From contig CAYGJY010000001.1 in assembly GCA_964350645.1 (NCBI GenBank), forward strand, positions 1 to 62,332: a stretch of 62,332 bases of DNA, given 5' to 3'. The position numbers were made by a program, and so were the translations under genes. The stretch's first letter is position 1. The number at the start of each line of letters is the position of its first letter. Below the pieces are notes generated by a model, which was given only the letters and a program-made list of their open reading frames with translations, had not been told where the DNA came from and did not search any database. Positions 37,785 through 46,789 of this stretch are shown here, piece after piece. Origin of the DNA: an uncultured Candidatus Saccharibacteria bacterium (GTDB lineage: Bacteria; Patescibacteriota; Minisyncoccia; Phycocordibacterales; UBA918).

Positions 37785-38258
37785 ATGCGCTGGATTACAA
37801 ACAAATGGCATGGAGTGAATAATACAGTAAGGGCTATGTATGTGCGTGCTGTATGTAAGCATGTAGGACACTCTTTATTTGTAAATGGGGGTATTTTTCT
37901 TCGGTCACCAGAAAATATTTCTATCGGAGATCATTGTTCACTCAACCATAATGTGACACTGTCGGCTCGGGGTAGCATTGACATAGGTGATTATGTCCAC
38001 ATTTCTTCAAATACAGTTATCAATTCAGCTGGCCTTGATTACAGCAAGTCCAGAGAATCACGTGGACATATCAAGAAAAAGACTATTTTAGAAAATGGTG
38101 CCTGGATTGGGTCTGGTTCAATTATTAATCCTGGGGTTACAGTTGGAGAGAATGCAGTTGTTGGGGCCGGTTCAGTTGTTACGAAAGATGTGCCAGCTAA
38201 CACTGTGGTGGTTGGTGTCCCAGCACGAGTTATAAAAGAGATATCTTATAAAGAATAG
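37785..38258 (+). CDS. hexapeptide-repeat (LbH) acetyltransferase, paralogue of 33654..34118
   Basis: GSGSIINPGVTVGENAVVGAGSVVTKDVPANTVVVGVPARVIK. Confidence 0.8.
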   Translation: MRWITNKWHGVNNTVRAMYVRAVCKHVGHSLFVNGGIFLRSPENISIGDHCSLNHNVTLSARGSIDIGDYVHISSNTVINSAGLDYSKSRESRGHIKKKTILENGAWIGSGSIINPGVTVGENAVVGAGSVVTKDVPANTVVVGVPARVIKEISYKE

Positions 38259-38323
38259 GAATTTAGGAATATTTAAAGTGTTGACTTATAACTTCAGGAT
38301 GGGATACTGCGAAATATTTTTGT

Positions 38324-40327
38324 ATGAGTAAGAAAGCTATTGAGTACAGAAGTGACATAGATGGCTTACGAGCTCTTGCGATACTACCAGTAGTTTTATT
38401 TCATGCTGGAGTAACTGGCTTTGCCGGCGGTTACATCGGTGTCGATATCTTTTTTGTTATTTCCGGTTTTTTGATCACTTCGATTATCTTAAAAGAGATT
38501 GAAGCTGGGACTTTTTCTTTGCTCCATTTTTGGGAACGAAGAATTCGAAGAATTGTACCGGTACTTTTTTTTATACTTTGTAGCGTGACTATAGTTGCTT
38601 ATTTTCTAGTTCTATATCCCGTTGACTTTATTTCTTATGGTCAGGCGTTGTTTGCACAGAGTATTTTTATAGCGAATATATTTTTTATGAGGCAATATGA
38701 TTATTTTGCAGGACCTGCAGAAGCAATGCCTCTTTTACATACATGGTCATTGTCTGTCGAAGAGCAGTTTTATTTACTCTTGCCACTTTTGCTAGTGACT
38801 TTAATTTTTATTTCGAGAAGACTAATCGTTCCAGTCCTTGCAGGACTGCTATTAGTTTCATTCGCTTACTCGTTTTTTCTAGTTAACTTAAACCCGTTAG
38901 AGAGTTTCCAATTTTTTATTAGTGGCATTTGGGGAGGTGCTACCAACACTACTGCTGGGTTTTATTTTTTACCAGCGCGAGCTTGGGAGTTGTTAACAGG
39001 TTCGTTACTAGCCTGTGGGATAATTGTAATTAGGAATAATATTCTCTCTGAGTTTCTATCAGTTTTGGGTTTGCTATTGATTATTTTTTCGGTCATTTAT
39101 ACAGATGTTACTAAACCTTTCCCAGGTGTATGGGCACTACTTCCAGTTATAGGGACTGGACTAATCATTTCAGCAAATACTCATTCAGATACATTTACCA
39201 AAAGACTTTTATCGTTTCCTGCTTTTGTGTCAGTTGGTCTTATTTCCTATTCACTCTATCTTTGGCATTGGCCATTAATTGTTTTCGCAAAAATTATTTT
39301 TACACAGTTTACTCAGATTGTGTTACTGGGGACTCTCGCATTTACATTTGTACTATCAATTTTAACGTACAGGTATATCGAACAGCCTTTTCGTAGAAGT
39401 AACATATTAAAAAAGACGTGGCAGGTTTATCTTGCTGGGATCGGAGCGCTAGTAGTCATGTTTAGTATCGGTTTTTATATTCATGTGAGTGCCGGTTTGC
39501 CAGAGCGATCTCCAGACACGCTACAAGCTATAGCTGCTGCAGCAGTTGATGTGAACCCGCGTCAGTACGAGTGTTTCAAGAAGAATTATCGGGAAATACT
39601 CGATGAACCTAAGCCCTGCTTATTGGGGGCGCAAGTGTCACTTGAAGATGTTTCATTTGTTATGTGGGGAGACAGTCATTCAGACGCATTAATGCCGGCA
39701 GTAGATGAAATGTTGTTAGAGAGAGGAAAGACAGGGGCTTATTTTGGTACAGGTGGCTGCGTGCCTATTTTTTTGATTGAACCAATTTCTGAAGATCCAA
39801 AATGTGAACGTGTTAAGAGCGATGCAATTGATTATATTAATGAAAATAAAATTAAGACGGTCATGCTGGTTGGTGATTGGAAAAGTAATCAAGGTCTGTT
39901 GTCTATAAGTAATATGAAAACGCTAGAAAATATTGGTTATAGAGATATAACTTTCTTAGAGGCTGTACAATCGACATTAAATTTATTTGAACATAACCCT
40001 GATGTATATGTAATTGCGAGAGTGCCAGCATTTGATAATTTTAGTATTCGTAAAATCTTTCAAGAATACAAATCAGAAGATTTATCTGTTGAACTACCAA
40101 GCAAAAGTCTTCTTCAACATAGAACAGATACTCAGTATGAATTCACAGCTTTTCAAGTTCTAGAAAAAGGTGATTGGATAACTCTGATTGATCCTGCAGA
40201 TGTGCTATGTAGGCAAGATAATGTTTGTTCAATGCAGTTAGAGGGTCAAATTATTTACAGTAACGGGACACATATTAATGCAAGCGGTGCTAGTGTATTA
40301 AAGAATTTGTTGTACGTTATTGAATAG
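38324..40327 (+). CDS. OafA-type acyltransferase-3 membrane domain fused to an SGNH-like domain
   Basis: IDGLRALAILPVVLFH, GYIGVDIFFVISGFLIT, HTWSLSVEEQFY, and C-terminal VMWGDSH. Confidence 0.85.
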   Translation: MSKKAIEYRSDIDGLRALAILPVVLFHAGVTGFAGGYIGVDIFFVISGFLITSIILKEIEAGTFSLLHFWERRIRRIVPVLFFILCSVTIVAYFLVLYPVDFISYGQALFAQSIFIANIFFMRQYDYFAGPAEAMPLLHTWSLSVEEQFYLLLPLLLVTLIFISRRLIVPVLAGLLLVSFAYSFFLVNLNPLESFQFFISGIWGGATNTTAGFYFLPARAWELLTGSLLACGIIVIRNNILSEFLSVLGLLLIIFSVIYTDVTKPFPGVWALLPVIGTGLIISANTHSDTFTKRLLSFPAFVSVGLISYSLYLWHWPLIVFAKIIFTQFTQIVLLGTLAFTFVLSILTYRYIEQPFRRSNILKKTWQVYLAGIGALVVMFSIGFYIHVSAGLPERSPDTLQAIAAAAVDVNPRQYECFKKNYREILDEPKPCLLGAQVSLEDVSFVMWGDSHSDALMPAVDEMLLERGKTGAYFGTGGCVPIFLIEPISEDPKCERVKSDAIDYINENKIKTVMLVGDWKSNQGLLSISNMKTLENIGYRDITFLEAVQSTLNLFEHNPDVYVIARVPAFDNFSIRKIFQEYKSEDLSVELPSKSLLQHRTDTQYEFTAFQVLEKGDWITLIDPADVLCRQDNVCSMQLEGQIIYSNGTHINASGASVLKNLLYVIE

Positions 40328-40462
40328 TAAAAAAGGTTTTTTTTATTTATAAAAACCTCAACACTTCTAAGGTCAGAATAGAATATACTCAGAATTTGAT
40401 ATCGATCCTGAAGATCACTTACTTGGTATGATATTCTAAATTAAATAATTTTTATTTTACTT

Positions 40463-42445
40463 ATGAAATTTCTTAATGTATATTTTCTAATTTTAATTGT
40501 TTTATTAATTCCATTCCCGACTGTTGCTGCTGAGGAAACAATAAAAATATTTAGTACTCAAGACGGCATGAATCAACTTTATGACGATGATGATGTTTCT
40601 GATTGGCTCTTGGCAAGGAATTATGAAGACAAGATTTTTAGGGATACATTCAACGATCTTGATCTTATAAAAGTTAGATCAGATAATCAAGTTAATAATA
40701 GTTATCGAATATATCGGGGCTCTCTTTTCTTCGATTTGTCTAAACTTCCCGAAGGATCTAGGATTACAGACGTAAATTTTTTTGCATTCAAAACTATAGG
40801 TAATAATCCACTTCCTGAAATTGAAATAGTTTTCACTTCGCATAATCGTCTTACAAAAGAAGTGTTACAAAAACAAGATTGGAATATTAATAATTACGGT
40901 GACGATGCTTTTTCAAGAGGATTTCTAGACGATGATAAATATACAGTATTTAATTTTAGTGATATAGGAGTTGATTATGTTGATAAAAATAGACAGTTAG
41001 TCATCGGTGTTCTATCAGGATTTGATTTTGATTCTGTTGACCCTGGGTCGTCTCAAACTGGGGCAACTTTTTATACAATGGAGGTTGACGAACCTGAAAA
41101 GCGCCCCTATCTTGAAATTAAGTACACTCTAGATGAGCAAGATGATAGACGTGTACCCCTCATCACCCAAAGCGCCTCACCATTTCCGCCGGAGTCAGCT
41201 AGTTGGGCGGATGAACTGTATGCTGACGGACGAGCAGCGTACGAAGGGAGCTGTGGAAGTACGATTCGTCAGTGTGGTTGTGCACTGGCTTCGTTTGCGA
41301 TGCTAGGACAAGGCTATGGTTTAGAAACAGGAGTGGATGGTAGTGCTGCTACACCTCCGAATATAGATGCCTGGCTGTTAGGAAACGGTGGCTACGATGC
41401 CCGCGGGAATATTATCTGGAATCAAGCTGTTAAGTATTTTGGTGTTGAGGTAGGGGGAGCAATAAAGTCATTTCTCACGCTTGATAGTCATAACGAAACT
41501 AGTTTGTCTGTGATTGAGGATCGTCTTGATAATAATGAACCAGTAATCTTTAAGACAAAAGCTACTAACCGGGATGGCTCACAATTTACTCATTTTATTC
41601 TGGGCACTCAAACAGACGGTGATGACACGTTAGTAAACGACCCACTGTGGTATAACACGATCAACCTAAACGATGAACGTGACCGCGATGTGTGGGTGCA
41701 AGACTACAACGATCGTATTGATGCAGGACGGCTGTTTTCATTCAGTGACACCCCGCAACAGGTAGCTGGCAGTATCTCGCTTCTACTGTCATCGCCAGCA
41801 GAATTACTCATAAGAACTGATCAGGGTGATTTGCTTGGTACTGATCCTGTAGCCGAAGAAACATACAGTGATATCTCAGGGGGTGTGTACTTTGCTGAAG
41901 AGGCGTTTTATTCAGAAGAATTAGCCGATTCTGGAGAGGTTCCGCATGTCACTAAGACCATTGATATCCAAGAGCCTGAAGATGGTATATATACAATCGA
42001 AGTAATTGGCACTGATAACGGAGAATACAATCTGGCGATTCATACGAATGACGCTAGCGGGGTAGGTTCGCTGCAGAATATTGCCGGCCTGATAACAGAA
42101 GGTGAACGTGACGTGTTTGTGCTCTTGTATGGTGAGAGTTCAGCACGAAATGCTCTTCTCAAAAAGATCACTTTCCTAAAAAAGTTAGTTCGCTTTTTAC
42201 CAAAGAAACTTCGTGCGTTGGTGAAAGAAGACGTGTTGGAGTTGCAGCGTGACGTAACATCTGCTGGTGTCATTAGTCTTGAAAATCCGTTAGCACAGCT
42301 ACTCTTGACTGAAGAACGTCTGACAGTAAAGAGTGTTCTGAAATATATTAAATCAGTACTTGATCATGATCACGGGCATGGTAACGATGAAGATGGTTGT
42401 GATGAAGATAATCGCGGTAAGAAAAAGGATTGTCAGGACGAGTAA
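40463..42445 (+). CDS. secreted protein with central C39-like cysteine-peptidase-type region and His/Asp/Cys-rich tail
   Basis: Signal peptide MKFLNVYFLILIVLLIPFPTVAA. GSCGSTIRQCGCALASFAMLGQGYG resembles Peptidase_C39_2. C-terminus DHDHGHGNDEDGCDEDNRGKKKDCQDE. Confidence 0.45.
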   Translation: MKFLNVYFLILIVLLIPFPTVAAEETIKIFSTQDGMNQLYDDDDVSDWLLARNYEDKIFRDTFNDLDLIKVRSDNQVNNSYRIYRGSLFFDLSKLPEGSRITDVNFFAFKTIGNNPLPEIEIVFTSHNRLTKEVLQKQDWNINNYGDDAFSRGFLDDDKYTVFNFSDIGVDYVDKNRQLVIGVLSGFDFDSVDPGSSQTGATFYTMEVDEPEKRPYLEIKYTLDEQDDRRVPLITQSASPFPPESASWADELYADGRAAYEGSCGSTIRQCGCALASFAMLGQGYGLETGVDGSAATPPNIDAWLLGNGGYDARGNIIWNQAVKYFGVEVGGAIKSFLTLDSHNETSLSVIEDRLDNNEPVIFKTKATNRDGSQFTHFILGTQTDGDDTLVNDPLWYNTINLNDERDRDVWVQDYNDRIDAGRLFSFSDTPQQVAGSISLLLSSPAELLIRTDQGDLLGTDPVAEETYSDISGGVYFAEEAFYSEELADSGEVPHVTKTIDIQEPEDGIYTIEVIGTDNGEYNLAIHTNDASGVGSLQNIAGLITEGERDVFVLLYGESSARNALLKKITFLKKLVRFLPKKLRALVKEDVLELQRDVTSAGVISLENPLAQLLLTEERLTVKSVLKYIKSVLDHDHGHGNDEDGCDEDNRGKKKDCQDE

Positions 42446-42463
42446 TTTGTTCTGACGAAGGAT

Positions 42464-44473
42464 CTATTGAAATAACTCATTAAACAAAGGTTTAAGAAGC
42501 AGAGAGCCAGTTTTGTTGATATGGTCGCTGTTTTCGTAGAGAATAACGCCGTCTTGCTCGAGCAAGCAGCTACCAAAGTCAGGACAAAGTAGTACGCCTG
42601 GGTCAATTACCCTGACATCCGGTACGTTGGCTAATTGAGAGAATATCTGGTTTGGAAAGGCGAGGTTGGTTGCATGCTCAGAGTAAGTGATTGCTGGTAA
42701 GGCGACCTCTTCATTTGCTAGCGCGGTTTGGTAGATTAATTCTCTTGCTCGGTAATCGAGGTGTTGTGGGACTTGTTTGATGATATGCACGTGTATACCA
42801 GCAGTAGTTAAGGTCTCAATCATTGTCGTGAGACTGGTGGCAAAGAGTTGTCGAGCGATTTCTTCATCTGCTTGCGCGTCTGGGGTAGTGGGGTCAATCA
42901 ATTCAGCGTAACCGGTCCACCGGGCAATGAGAAACACGTCGGTGATATTGTTTTCAAGGATGTAGTTGTAGGCGTAGTTTTTTACTTGCTGACACTTTTC
43001 GGTTGGTGGATCAGTGAGAGTATTGGCTATTGGAAGACAAGCCGGGGTGATGAAGGTTGCACCGGTACGATTAGATTCAGTTGCGAGCCCGCTGAGCAGC
43101 GATAAAAGTGAAGCAGCGTGACTATCCCCCCAGACAACAAAAGTAACATCGTCTGTGTCTTTTTCACCGATTAAACAAGGGTTGTTGTTAGTTTCAAATG
43201 AATTTACAAAACACTCACTGCGCCGCTCGTTAAAGTCGACGTTGGCGGCCGCGATAGCGGCCGCCGTGCCAGTGAGACGCTCAGGGAAGCCTTTTTGGTC
43301 AATCAGTACCCAGCCTGATCCAATCATAACAAGGAGTGCGGCAATACCACCGAGTAACATTGAACGTCGCGTAACAAGCAATTGTTTCAGTCGAAATGGT
43401 GTTTCGACAAAACGGTAACTCAAGTATGCAGCGATAAAACTGAGCAGCAAGATTATTATTGTTTCCATCGGGGTCAGTACAAAGTTACCATCATAGTGAC
43501 GTCCAAAGACGATGAGCGGCCAGTGCCAGAGATAGAGTGAGTATGAGATCAGTCCCACCCATACAAAAAGTGGGAAGGAGAGAAGATTGCCAACAAAGGT
43601 TTTGACATGTGTGTTTGCTAAGATAATCGCTGCGGTACCGAGAGTAGGTACGAGTGCGTACAGGCCAGGAAAGGCTGTCGTACGGTCAAAGGTGACAATT
43701 GAAAATATGATAAGGCCGAGACCAAGAAGAGCGAGTACCTCCGCCCAACGTTTGTTTGTAATAGCAAAAGTCGTAAGTGCTAGCAGCGCACCAATAATAA
43801 GCTCAAAGGCCCGTGATGGTAGAAAATAAAAAGCGGCCGTGACGTTGCGGGTCTCAGACCAGATATTTGGTCCAATAGGGAATGAAAAGTTATCGCCGGG
43901 AGCCAAAGATAGTAAGTAGTATGAATATGCCAGTGACAGAACTCCCAGAGTGATAAGCACGGGTAATAGAGCACGTTTGGCGTAGCGCCAGAGCAAAAAA
44001 CACAGAATAGGGAATCCAATATAAAATTGCTCTTCAACTGATAGTGACCAGGTGTGTAACAGTGGCATGTATTCACTTGGACCAGCGAAGTAACCGTTGT
44101 TACGCATAAAAAATATATTGGCTAAAAATGCTGCTTGGGCCAAGGCTGATTGTCCTAAGTCGATGTAATCGATTGGGAATAGAATCACAAAATAGCCAGC
44201 CACTAAGGAACACATCACAACTACAAAGAGAGCGGGGATGATCCGTCGCATACGTCGCTCCCAGAATGTTAGAAACGAAAATGTCCCGCGCTGCAAGTCG
44301 CGGTAAATAATCGAAGTAATCAAAAAACCGGAAATAACAAAAAATATATCGACACCGATGTAACCGCCGGCAAAGCCAGCAATGTTCGCATGAAATAAAA
44401 TTACTGGTATGACCGCGAGGGCTCGCAAGCCATCAATTTCTGGCCGATACCAGGACGCTTTTTTGTGGTCCAT
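42464..44473 (-). CDS. OafA-type acyltransferase-3 + SGNH-like protein, paralogue of 38324..40327
   Basis: IDGLRALAVIPVILFH, GYIGVDIFFVISGFLIT, HTWSLSVEEQFY, VVWGDSH. Confidence 0.85.
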   Translation of the reverse strand: MDHKKASWYRPEIDGLRALAVIPVILFHANIAGFAGGYIGVDIFFVISGFLITSIIYRDLQRGTFSFLTFWERRMRRIIPALFVVVMCSLVAGYFVILFPIDYIDLGQSALAQAAFLANIFFMRNNGYFAGPSEYMPLLHTWSLSVEEQFYIGFPILCFLLWRYAKRALLPVLITLGVLSLAYSYYLLSLAPGDNFSFPIGPNIWSETRNVTAAFYFLPSRAFELIIGALLALTTFAITNKRWAEVLALLGLGLIIFSIVTFDRTTAFPGLYALVPTLGTAAIILANTHVKTFVGNLLSFPLFVWVGLISYSLYLWHWPLIVFGRHYDGNFVLTPMETIIILLLSFIAAYLSYRFVETPFRLKQLLVTRRSMLLGGIAALLVMIGSGWVLIDQKGFPERLTGTAAAIAAANVDFNERRSECFVNSFETNNNPCLIGEKDTDDVTFVVWGDSHAASLLSLLSGLATESNRTGATFITPACLPIANTLTDPPTEKCQQVKNYAYNYILENNITDVFLIARWTGYAELIDPTTPDAQADEEIARQLFATSLTTMIETLTTAGIHVHIIKQVPQHLDYRARELIYQTALANEEVALPAITYSEHATNLAFPNQIFSQLANVPDVRVIDPGVLLCPDFGSCLLEQDGVILYENSDHINKTGSLLLKPLFNELFQ

Positions 44474-44596
44474 AGAGTGTCGCTAGTGTCCCATGGGATG
44501 ACTAACTGTCAAGCTATTTTGACGATTATGGATTGCTATTGGTGGGTACAGTAATGGCGTTAGCGCCGGGGTTAAATATGCTATAGTTTTCGAACT

Positions 44597-46789
44597 ATGA
44601 AAGATTTCTTAAAAGGGGTGATATTTGTGGGTTTGTTTGCAATTCCGTTTATTCCATTGATCGTGGTTAACGAATTATTTTTCCCATTTATCACTGGGAA
44701 AAACTTTACATTCCGCATTATAGTTGAGGTAGTTTTTGCTGCCTGGATGGTGTTAGCGTTATTAGACGCTGCCTACCGGCCACGCTTCTCCTGGGTACTG
44801 AGCGGTCTGTCCGCCCTTATTGTAGTCATGTTTTTTGCGAACTTCTTTGGTGAGTACCCACTAAAGAGTTTTTGGAGTAACTTTGAGCGCATGGATGGTT
44901 ATGTGACTCTCGTTCACGTGTATTTGTTGGTAGTTGTTTTGGGTAGTACCTTTAGGGATAAAAAAATCTGGACATATTTTATCGCTACGTCAGTCGCTGC
45001 AGCTTCGTATGTTGCGTTCGATGGTTTGCAGCAGTACATCAATAAAGTAGGCTCCTGGCGGATTGACAGTACATTAGGTAACGCCTCGTACATGGCTATT
45101 TATATGTTCTTTCATGCCTTTTTCACAGTGTGGTTGTTCGTCCAATCTCGCCAGTGGTGGGTGCGCGGTATTCTTGGCTTACTGTTCGTGTTGTTTACAT
45201 ATCTGCTGATTCTCACAGCGACGCGCGGAACATTCCTAGCTCTCGCCGGTGGATTGAGTTTGACGGCACTGTATTTGATTATCTTTGCCCGGGGGCATAT
45301 TCGACTCCGTCAGGTGGCAGCTGGGGGCTTTGTTGCTGTCGTACTTTTGGTCAGTAGTATCTTTATTTTTAAAGATCAGCCCGTTATTGCTGAAAACCAA
45401 ATCCTGGAGCGTATCTCGAGTGTCTCGCTCAATGAACTATCAGGCCGGTTTGCTATCTGGGGCATGGCTTGGGAAGGAGTAAAACAAAGACCAATCCTTG
45501 GCTGGGGGCAGGGGAATTTTAATTATGTTTTTAATTCCGAATACGATCCAAAAATTTATTATGGAGAATCTTGGTATGACCGGGTACACAACCTGGTGCT
45601 TGACTGGCTGATTGCCGGCGGTTTCCTTGGGTTTGCTGCGTATGTCAGTATTTTTCTTGGCTGTATGTATTACCTTTTCTGGCGACCACTTTTTCGTTCG
45701 AGTGATGATGAGGCCGGTAATTTCACTGTTCCTGAGCGGGCAATTCTCATCGGTATCCTCGCGGGCTATGTAGTTCATAACTTAGTTGTCTTTGACAATA
45801 TTGTTAGCTATATCTTCTTTGCACTAGTACTTGGTTTGATTCATTCACAGATTGCCGAAGAGATTGATGTTGTGCAGACATTTAGATTAGATCCAAGGAT
45901 TGTTACTAATATCATTGCGCCAGTTGTGCTTTTGTGTGCAGGTACCATTGTCTACTTTGTAAATGTGCCGGGAATCCAGGCGTCAGTTGACATTGTTGAT
46001 TCGCTGCAGGCAAATTCTATTCCGACTCGTTTAGCAGAGCTTGATAGTGCAATTAAACAAAATTCATTTGCGTACCAAGAAGTTGTGGAGCAACTAACGC
46101 AGCAAGCGATGCAAATTGCAGGTAATCAACAAATCGCTCCCGAACAAAAACAGGCATTTATTTCACGTGCTGAGTCTGAACTTCTAACGTTAGCTGCTGA
46201 AAAACCAGGTGACGCGAGGGTGCATGTTTTCATTTCTGGCTTCTATCGATCAATTGGAAATAATATTGAAGCTAAGCGACATATTGATATTGCACGGACA
46301 TTATCACCGTCAAAGCCGGATATTATTATTGAACAGGGAATTTCTGCATATCAGCTGCAAGATTATCCAGCGATGAACCAGTACTTTAAAGAAGCTTTTG
46401 AGTTAGAGCCAAAGTACGCACTAGCCAGGATCTTTTATGCAGTTTCATTTATGTACATTGATGAACCTGAGCAGGTTCGTGAGATAGTGACTGATCAGTA
46501 TTTCCCGCAGTTTGCAATGAACGAATTTGCACTGACGAGTGCAAATAACTTCAAACAAACAGAACTACTTAAAGATATGTTTGCTTCGAGAATTGAACAA
46601 AAGCCAAACAACCCACAACATCGCGCAAGTCTTGCGTACGTGTATTACGAAGCTGGTGAGATTGACGAAGCCGTAAATGTGCTGGAGCAAGCAGTAGAAG
46701 TAATTCCATCATTTGCCGAGTTTGGCACGTGTTACATTGACAACCTGAAGGCCGGTAACGAGCCAAATAAAGATTGCCCAGTTAAATAA
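44597..46789 (+). CDS. Wzy_C (O-antigen ligase/polymerase/O-OTase-like) membrane protein with C-terminal TPR repeats
   Basis: Polytopic N-terminal part with LILTATRGTFLAL. The C-terminal approximately 250 aa have TPR-like periodicity (ARIFYAVSFMY..., ASLAYVYYEAGEIDEAVNVLEQA). Confidence 0.65.
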   Translation: MKDFLKGVIFVGLFAIPFIPLIVVNELFFPFITGKNFTFRIIVEVVFAAWMVLALLDAAYRPRFSWVLSGLSALIVVMFFANFFGEYPLKSFWSNFERMDGYVTLVHVYLLVVVLGSTFRDKKIWTYFIATSVAAASYVAFDGLQQYINKVGSWRIDSTLGNASYMAIYMFFHAFFTVWLFVQSRQWWVRGILGLLFVLFTYLLILTATRGTFLALAGGLSLTALYLIIFARGHIRLRQVAAGGFVAVVLLVSSIFIFKDQPVIAENQILERISSVSLNELSGRFAIWGMAWEGVKQRPILGWGQGNFNYVFNSEYDPKIYYGESWYDRVHNLVLDWLIAGGFLGFAAYVSIFLGCMYYLFWRPLFRSSDDEAGNFTVPERAILIGILAGYVVHNLVVFDNIVSYIFFALVLGLIHSQIAEEIDVVQTFRLDPRIVTNIIAPVVLLCAGTIVYFVNVPGIQASVDIVDSLQANSIPTRLAELDSAIKQNSFAYQEVVEQLTQQAMQIAGNQQIAPEQKQAFISRAESELLTLAAEKPGDARVHVFISGFYRSIGNNIEAKRHIDIARTLSPSKPDIIIEQGISAYQLQDYPAMNQYFKEAFELEPKYALARIFYAVSFMYIDEPEQVREIVTDQYFPQFAMNEFALTSANNFKQTELLKDMFASRIEQKPNNPQHRASLAYVYYEAGEIDEAVNVLEQAVEVIPSFAEFGTCYIDNLKAGNEPNKDCPVK

